A DNA stretch of 64,000 bases, from positions 153,064-217,063 of the forward strand of contig JAOPTX010000003.1 in assembly GCA_051532055.1 (NCBI GenBank), written 5' to 3'. Origin of the DNA: Fibrobacterales bacterium. GTDB taxonomy: Bacteria; Fibrobacterota; Fibrobacteria; Fibrobacterales; JAOPTW01. How positions within the stretch are numbered: the stretch's first letter is position 1; every line of letters begins with the position of its first letter. The position numbers and the translations under genes were made by a program. Positions 12,701 through 19,222 of this stretch are shown here, one piece after another. Below the pieces are notes generated by a model, which was not told the DNA's origin, ran no database searches, and saw only the letters and a program-made list of their open reading frames with translations.

Positions 12701-12782
12701 TTTTAACAATCAACTTCCAAACAATGTTGAACTCGTTAATGAGCATAACCGTTCATTATTAAATTCTCAAATTACAGAATAA
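729..12782 (+). CDS. giant secreted multidomain protein (about 4015 aa) with FlgD-Ig-like modules, thrombospondin type-3 Ca-binding repeats and Ig/CARDB-like modules
   Basis: Uninterrupted 12-kb ORF. The likely real start is ATG 735 ([23 protein letters not shown] signal peptide). At least four 'x-W-D-G-x-D-x-x-G-x-x-v-x-x-G-x-Y' FlgD-Ig-type signatures are present ([50 protein letters not shown]). TSP3 repeats [15 protein letters not shown] / [14 protein letters not shown] / [14 protein letters not shown] lie at nt 3279-3629. 'D-x-AGN' Ig-like modules also occur. Confidence 0.9.
   Translation: [4017 protein letters not shown]
3279..3629 (+). repeat. thrombospondin type-3-like calcium-binding repeats (coding, inside the giant protein)
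   Basis: DxDxDGxxDxxDNC(P/V)Y motifs with paired Cys recur over about 115 aa: [35 protein letters not shown] ... [35 protein letters not shown]. Confidence 0.75.
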
Positions 12783-12793
12783 GATATCATATT

Positions 12794-15700
12794 ATGAAAG
12801 ATTATAAAACTATGAAAAATGTAAATAATATCAGTGCTTCAATATTAACTGTTCTACTCGTTGTCATATTAGCAGTCCAACTTGGATTTTCAAGTATCAT
12901 ACGATCTAATGAGCAAGGTATAAACGGAAACCACAATTTTACTTCTGGTGGCCCTGGTGCCCAAATTAGCACTCTGAATGGAAATATGGTTATTACTTCA
13001 ACTGCTGCTGATATTTCTAGGGCTCCCTTAGGTATCCAAGTAAGTCGAAGTTATAATTCTGGGTGGAGAAATGCAACTCAGGCCCACCTAATGGATGTAC
13101 AAAAAGATGGAAAATTTAAAGATGTTGACCGTACTCCTGATGCATTTGATTTTGCACCAAATTTTCTTCAGAGAACATTCTATTATAGACCTGACGTAAC
13201 AGAGAATCCATCAGGATACCAAACATCAGCTCTACTTGCAGGAGCATCAGCTACGTATGCAATAGGTGGTTCGATATTAAACTATACTATAGCACAGCAA
13301 AAAGAGGCCGCCGGTACAACACCGCAACCTAAAACTGGATTAGATCACGCAGCGACAGCAATGACAATTATTAATACTGCTTTTAGCTTAAAAACTCTTG
13401 CAGAAAGCAATGGTGATTTTAATAATGTTCAATCATTTCAAGCAATTAATAATTTATCATCATTTGTTTTAAAGTCAGTGACCGAAAAAGCTACTAAAGA
13501 GACAATTGGTCAAATATCAGGTACTATCGGTGCTGCTCTTACCATGTATTCTGCAGCCAAAACTCTATCAAATGTAGAAGATGGCTCACCAGGAGATGAA
13601 GCTCAAAAGATAGCGGCTGTTACTCAAATTGTTGGTGCCATGGGTAGTATGATGGCAGCAGCGAGCGCGGCTTCTGCAGCTACAGGAGTGGGAATCGCCA
13701 TAACAGCGGCAGTTATAGTTGTTCAGATAACTGCTATGTTAGTAACAATTCAAGAAGTACTTGACGCAAATTTAGATATTGCAGAGTATCGACCTCACCC
13801 ATGGCTTTTTGGGGTTAATGGTTATGTGATGCTCGTGGGGACAAAGTATGAGGATGAAGAGGCTCAATATTCAAATATGTTCGGCGGATATTCGAGTAGA
13901 GAAACCTACCAACACTGTACAGCAAGAAATAAAAATGGTTGTTCTAACTACGAAACTCGTTGGAGAGGTGTTGGCGACCGTTCATCAGGTCATCCTATGA
14001 CTGATATGCAGCTGGTTAAGTCTGACGGTGGATCAACGCGGTTTGTTATGGAAAACCATCATTATCAAATACATAATGATGGCATGCAAGATATTAGATA
14101 TTATAATTATAAATCTTTATCAAATGCAAATTTTAAAGAAATATACTATGTGGATTACCCCCCGTATCAGACAAATGATTGGACTAATGGTATACCGGTT
14201 CATACATCAGATTTATTAGGTGTTGGTGACTATTATATGATAAAAGAACCTAATGGTACTGTAGCGAAATTTGGTGTCTCCAGTGATAAAGGAATATACA
14301 GGCATACTGCACGTAATTATCCAAGAGAAATGTATTGGTCTTTTATAGATGAAATTTCTCATACTATATCAGGACAAGTTATAACGGTTAACCGTGATGC
14401 AACGAGTAAACAAATTACGGAGGTCACACATAGTGCAGATACACGAAGGGTAACTATTGATAGGTCTCCAACTCAAGAAGTTGTTAAAGTAGTAGATGGC
14501 ACAACAGAGTTATCAAAAATTACCTATGATTTCGGCCTTATTGATTACACTTTTTTTAAAGAGACAAAGTATAGAAATGACCCTATCCTTGATGCTTCAG
14601 GAAATCCCGTAATAGATGATGAATCAGGAGAAACAGCAACGAAGACCGTTTCGTATGTATATGAACACAAAGCTCAAATGAAAATGATAACAAAAGAATC
14701 TCGCCAGGTTGATGCATCAAATAGTGCAAAAGATTTGATTAAAAATTATGTGTATGATGAATATGGTAATATGACACAGATAAGTACAACAAATGGTAAT
14801 ACTTACAATTATAGCTATTCCGAACTTGATACTCCTACTGAGGGATTTGTAATGAATGTACTCATGGAAAATGGCGCTAAAACAACATCGTTAAATAAAA
14901 AGTTTACGTATACTGGCTGGTCAATCGGATCAGCTGATGGTTATCAGGATGGTTTAAATGGAACTGTTATGACAACTGACATTGTGACAAGTCTCACACA
15001 CCCCGATCTACCAAATAGTGACTATCCAAATAAACATACTATCTTAGAAAAAACAACGTTTAGGGTATCGCAAGATACTTCAACAATTAGACAAATTAAA
15101 AATGCAACTGAATTTTTAGCAACGGGTACGTCGTCAGAAGAGGTAACGAAATATGGTACTGTGGGAATGCAATTATTGTCTCATCAACTTGGATCTTTTG
15201 GCATTGGTCCAATGATAAGTTACCGATATAATGGTGATTTGTTGACAACGACTATTAAGAGAGAACAATCAAACCTTAATATAGATCCAATAATAACCTC
15301 TTATCACTATGATCACTATGGTAATCAAATAGCAGTATTAAATTCTTCTAAAATAGATATGGATAACTACGATGCTGCCTTTTTTGCTATGCATGCAAAC
15401 CTAAAACCCTATGATTGTATAAACGAAATAGAAGTGTGCGAATGTGATAATCCAAATTATGACCCTGATATTCATCCAGTTTCAGAAAGATTTATGGAGT
15501 GCAAAAATCCTGATGTTCTCAATTGTTATAGTAATTTTCCTACTCTGGTCGACTGTAGATCGAGAGATGTAAACTTTTGTACCGATGTTAATTCAAACCC
15601 AGTAGCCTGTTTGGTTGTTGATCCTCTGTTAAGAAAATGTGAAGTTGTAGAAGAGCCTATTGTAGGGTGCACTGAAGATATATTCGAGCAGAATGTTGAG

Positions 15701-18700
15701 GCTAACAAACAAGCCATTTATACACAAATTAATACACAATTTGGAATCGATTATAACTTACTAACATTTGAAGTAGTAGATATTAACACCTACAGTTTTT
15801 ATGATAGTAAACAAATAGCGGGTAATTTTTATAGCAAACGGTCACTAACAACAACTGAAAGAACAGATCAACGTACAAAGTTTGAATCTAAGTATCCTGG
15901 TGAAATATTGACGGATGCAGATCTTGACATGAGTAACAAAGAGATCTTAAATCCATTGTTTGATCCTAATGCTCTTTATTTACCAGGGATTTTAAACGAG
16001 CAACATACCAGTAGACTTCATCCAGATGAAAATGAACTTCTGAGCTATTCTTTTGGTACTAAATATTCATTGAATACTGATTATCTTCCCATTTCTGAGC
16101 ATAGAATAATAAATGGAAATAGCGCTGATACTGCTCTTATTCTGGTAAAAGAAACAGCATATAATGATCCGGCTAATAGATTTGCTCCAACAGGGAAAAA
16201 AACGTATATAGATGATGGCATGTATGCATATGACTCAACAAAATACGACGCTAAGTATCATCAATACCCTGTAGAAAATCATGTTTATAAAGGTGTTTTT
16301 GATATAAATACAACACCAGCTGCGGTGGGTGATTTTGTTACTACCTTGGTATATAACCCAAAAAACTTTCTTGAGACACAAACTAATCCCAATTTGCAAA
16401 CCACTTCTTTTACTTATGATGATGTAGGGAGGGTTGTCAGCACCTTAAACCCAAATGGTACTACTATTATTACAGAACATAACGATGCTCAAAATTATGT
16501 TATGCAGATCAATTCAACAGGTCAAAAATCAAAAATTGTACAGGATGGGCTCGGTGTTGATAGTACTTTTATTACATACGATAATACTGGTACTCTCACA
16601 CAAACATCAAAAAAAGTCTATAATCAATCAGGTCTTATTTATCAACAAGACAATGATGGACGTGAACTTTTTAATTATTATAGTGACGCTGGCAGATTAT
16701 ACATATCTCAGGTACCAGAAGTAAAGGGAGAGTATACCCGATATATTCAAACAAACTTTGAGTATGATTTTTTAAATAGAACAAAAACTACTATTGATCC
16801 TTTACTTAGAAGAACAATAGAGCACTCTAATAAAAACGGCCAGGCAATTAAAATAGAGTCTGAAAAAACGGGTGGAGGCTTTATTACAACCCAATATATC
16901 TATGATAATTTTGGAAATTTAGTCGAGACAATTGATCCTAATGGCAATAGTGAAACTATGGTATATAATCACATGCAACAACCGACTACGGTGGAGTATG
17001 CTGATCAATATAAAATCGAGTATTTTTACACAAATCAAGGGCGTCTAAAGCGTTTTGATAAAACAGACCTTTCACAAACACCTACAGTCACTACATCTAT
17101 CAAGTACGGTAGGGACGGACTTGATAGAGTTATTGCCGATACCGTTGTGTCAGGGTTAGAGCAGTTGGAAACTTATTACACCTATGATAATGCAACGTTT
17201 AATACTACTACTTATGCATACCCACAAAAACTAGTAGATATCACACGTGATAGTTTAAAGGTTAATTTTAGTTATGATAATTTTGGGAATTTGACTGAAA
17301 AGGTAACCCGTATTTACCCAGGGGCAATTTTTACTTCAGGCCCAACCTATTATGGGTCAATTGGTTATGGTTATAGAGATGATTTTAGTGTTGAAACAAT
17401 GACTATAAATGGTGACCTCGCACTAACATATGGTCGCGACCCCTATTTTAGAAATAATACTATTTCTGGTTCATACAAAAGTGGGGCACTGTTTGATATT
17501 ATTAAATCGGTGACTTTTACGCCTAATAACATGGTGGACCAAGTCGTGTATGGGAATAATATTACCACTACCTATGGGTATGATTCCAATAGGCCTATTT
17601 TAAAAAGTATTGAAGCGACAATGGATAATGCCCATGAGCCATTTTATAAACATATAATTACTAATTTAGGAAAGACAGGAAACATAGAGAGAATACAACG
17701 CCACAATGGGACTGAGGCGGCTTATGAGTATGATAAGTTAGATCGCCTTATATCAGTTGGCTATCCTGATGGTGGTGTTGGGGGGAATAATCTTGTAATG
17801 GCCTATGATAATAATGGTAATATTGAGAGTTTTACCCATGATTTTGGTCAGATAGATTACTTTTATAATACTACAGGAAGTGGCGCTACTATTAAACAAC
17901 AAAATACTCTTATCAAATCACATTCGGCACTAAATGGTTGGGCAGTATATGATTATGATAAAAATAAAAATCGAACGTCAACAAGTTATTACAATAAATC
18001 GAGTGACTTAATAGCCGGCAACACTAATTGGCATGTACGACATGAATATGGATTTGACCTACTGAATAGAATGAAAACCTATGTTAAAAAAACTAAGTCA
18101 GGGCAAAGTGGCATTGAGGCTGTAAGTGAGTATCTCTATGATTATGATATTGATGGAGCTAAATTGGTAACCCATAGAAAAAATGGTGCAGGTTTATACG
18201 AAAAACAAAAAGAGTTTGTCTATGAATGGCCTAATGTAGTGTACGAAGCAGATACAGTTTCTGGCGATAGTTCTTATTTTGTATTCTGGGGTAACGAGCG
18301 TATTGCTGAAGTTAAGATAGAGAGTGAAATGCCGGAAATCTATTTTTACCATAATGATCACCTTGGTACTGTTAACCAGATAACTACAAATGAAGCAATA
18401 CCTTCAGTTGTTGCACGATATACTTTTGATCCTTATGGAAATTTAGAGTCATATCAGGGAAGTTATCACACAAATTATTTTTATACCACCAAAGAATGGG
18501 TTCCTGAAATGGGTATGTACTATTTTGGCGCTCGGTATTATGATCCGCATACATTGCAGTGGATGAGTACAGACCCTCTATTTGAATTTAATTCTCCTTA
18601 TAGTTATGTTGGTGGTAATCCACTTAGATTAATTGATCCTGATGGTAAAGACGCCATATTAACGAAAAATGATGTTGATAATACAATTACTATTGAGTCT

Positions 18701-19222
18701 ACAATTTTTATATATGGGGATGAGGCTTCCGCTGATGTTGCAGAACAGATACAGGGTAATATTATGGACGCTTGGGACAATAAAGAATACATGGATGAAG
18801 AAACAAAGGTAAAATATAAGGTAGTATTAAAATTAAAAGTTGTATCTATGGGGAAAGATAAAGATCCTCTAGCTGCTCATGTTGCAAAGAGAGATGGTAT
18901 TAATTTCATTAAGATAGCTGACCCCAATACTTCTTATGTGAATGCAGCGAATGGTAGAACTGGTGAATGGCGAGGCCCTTCTTCATGGGAAGACTATGAT
19001 AATCCTGCTGCACATGAATTTGGGCATTTGATAAGACTAGATGATAAATACTTTTCTAATAAAGCAGGGTATCCTGCTCATCCAGGGTGGAAAGGGACGA
19101 TTATGGGGGAATCACCAGGTGAAGGTGTTGTAACAGGAAAAGTAATGTGGAATTTACTTAATAAAAGAAAATATGATGTAAATAATCAATTTTTTATCAA
19201 TTCTACAACAACTTATAGGTAA
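12794..19222 (+). CDS. RHS/YD-repeat polymorphic toxin with N-terminal membrane anchor and C-terminal zinc-metallopeptidase-like toxin domain
   Basis: Many YD repeats are present (YDEYGNMTQIS, YHYDHYGNQIAV, FTYDDVGRVVST, YIYDNFGNLVETIDPNGN, YEYDKLDRLISV). The RHS-associated core reads YFYHNDHLGTVNQIT...YTFDPYGN...MGMYYFGARYYDPHTLQWMSTDP...NPLRLIDPDGKD. The N-terminal hydrophobic helix is ISASILTVLLVVILAVQLGF. The gene starts 11 nt after the giant gene. Confidence 0.95.
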   Translation: MKDYKTMKNVNNISASILTVLLVVILAVQLGFSSIIRSNEQGINGNHNFTSGGPGAQISTLNGNMVITSTAADISRAPLGIQVSRSYNSGWRNATQAHLMDVQKDGKFKDVDRTPDAFDFAPNFLQRTFYYRPDVTENPSGYQTSALLAGASATYAIGGSILNYTIAQQKEAAGTTPQPKTGLDHAATAMTIINTAFSLKTLAESNGDFNNVQSFQAINNLSSFVLKSVTEKATKETIGQISGTIGAALTMYSAAKTLSNVEDGSPGDEAQKIAAVTQIVGAMGSMMAAASAASAATGVGIAITAAVIVVQITAMLVTIQEVLDANLDIAEYRPHPWLFGVNGYVMLVGTKYEDEEAQYSNMFGGYSSRETYQHCTARNKNGCSNYETRWRGVGDRSSGHPMTDMQLVKSDGGSTRFVMENHHYQIHNDGMQDIRYYNYKSLSNANFKEIYYVDYPPYQTNDWTNGIPVHTSDLLGVGDYYMIKEPNGTVAKFGVSSDKGIYRHTARNYPREMYWSFIDEISHTISGQVITVNRDATSKQITEVTHSADTRRVTIDRSPTQEVVKVVDGTTELSKITYDFGLIDYTFFKETKYRNDPILDASGNPVIDDESGETATKTVSYVYEHKAQMKMITKESRQVDASNSAKDLIKNYVYDEYGNMTQISTTNGNTYNYSYSELDTPTEGFVMNVLMENGAKTTSLNKKFTYTGWSIGSADGYQDGLNGTVMTTDIVTSLTHPDLPNSDYPNKHTILEKTTFRVSQDTSTIRQIKNATEFLATGTSSEEVTKYGTVGMQLLSHQLGSFGIGPMISYRYNGDLLTTTIKREQSNLNIDPIITSYHYDHYGNQIAVLNSSKIDMDNYDAAFFAMHANLKPYDCINEIEVCECDNPNYDPDIHPVSERFMECKNPDVLNCYSNFPTLVDCRSRDVNFCTDVNSNPVACLVVDPLLRKCEVVEEPIVGCTEDIFEQNVEANKQAIYTQINTQFGIDYNLLTFEVVDINTYSFYDSKQIAGNFYSKRSLTTTERTDQRTKFESKYPGEILTDADLDMSNKEILNPLFDPNALYLPGILNEQHTSRLHPDENELLSYSFGTKYSLNTDYLPISEHRIINGNSADTALILVKETAYNDPANRFAPTGKKTYIDDGMYAYDSTKYDAKYHQYPVENHVYKGVFDINTTPAAVGDFVTTLVYNPKNFLETQTNPNLQTTSFTYDDVGRVVSTLNPNGTTIITEHNDAQNYVMQINSTGQKSKIVQDGLGVDSTFITYDNTGTLTQTSKKVYNQSGLIYQQDNDGRELFNYYSDAGRLYISQVPEVKGEYTRYIQTNFEYDFLNRTKTTIDPLLRRTIEHSNKNGQAIKIESEKTGGGFITTQYIYDNFGNLVETIDPNGNSETMVYNHMQQPTTVEYADQYKIEYFYTNQGRLKRFDKTDLSQTPTVTTSIKYGRDGLDRVIADTVVSGLEQLETYYTYDNATFNTTTYAYPQKLVDITRDSLKVNFSYDNFGNLTEKVTRIYPGAIFTSGPTYYGSIGYGYRDDFSVETMTINGDLALTYGRDPYFRNNTISGSYKSGALFDIIKSVTFTPNNMVDQVVYGNNITTTYGYDSNRPILKSIEATMDNAHEPFYKHIITNLGKTGNIERIQRHNGTEAAYEYDKLDRLISVGYPDGGVGGNNLVMAYDNNGNIESFTHDFGQIDYFYNTTGSGATIKQQNTLIKSHSALNGWAVYDYDKNKNRTSTSYYNKSSDLIAGNTNWHVRHEYGFDLLNRMKTYVKKTKSGQSGIEAVSEYLYDYDIDGAKLVTHRKNGAGLYEKQKEFVYEWPNVVYEADTVSGDSSYFVFWGNERIAEVKIESEMPEIYFYHNDHLGTVNQITTNEAIPSVVARYTFDPYGNLESYQGSYHTNYFYTTKEWVPEMGMYYFGARYYDPHTLQWMSTDPLFEFNSPYSYVGGNPLRLIDPDGKDAILTKNDVDNTITIESTIFIYGDEASADVAEQIQGNIMDAWDNKEYMDEETKVKYKVVLKLKVVSMGKDKDPLAAHVAKRDGINFIKIADPNTSYVNAANGRTGEWRGPSSWEDYDNPAAHEFGHLIRLDDKYFSNKAGYPAHPGWKGTIMGESPGEGVVTGKVMWNLLNKRKYDVNNQFFINSTTTYR
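18647..19219 (+). other. C-terminal toxin tip of the RHS protein (about 190 aa, metzincin/snapalysin-like HExxHxxxxxD)
   Basis: It begins right after the core-terminating DPDG motif (nt 18635-18646). HEFGHLIRLDDKY lies at nt 19013-19051. A candidate Met-turn (GTIMGE) follows downstream. Confidence 0.7.

Noticed and set aside
12794-19222. Classifying the RHS protein as a T6SS effector, a Tc-toxin TcB/TcC, or a CDI toxin
   Set aside because: I found no PAAR-like or prePAAR motif, no VgrG/Hcp/Eag genes, no SpvB/TcdB-mid signatures and no FHA/TPS domain or CdiB-type partner in the window. The delivery class is therefore left open rather than assigned.
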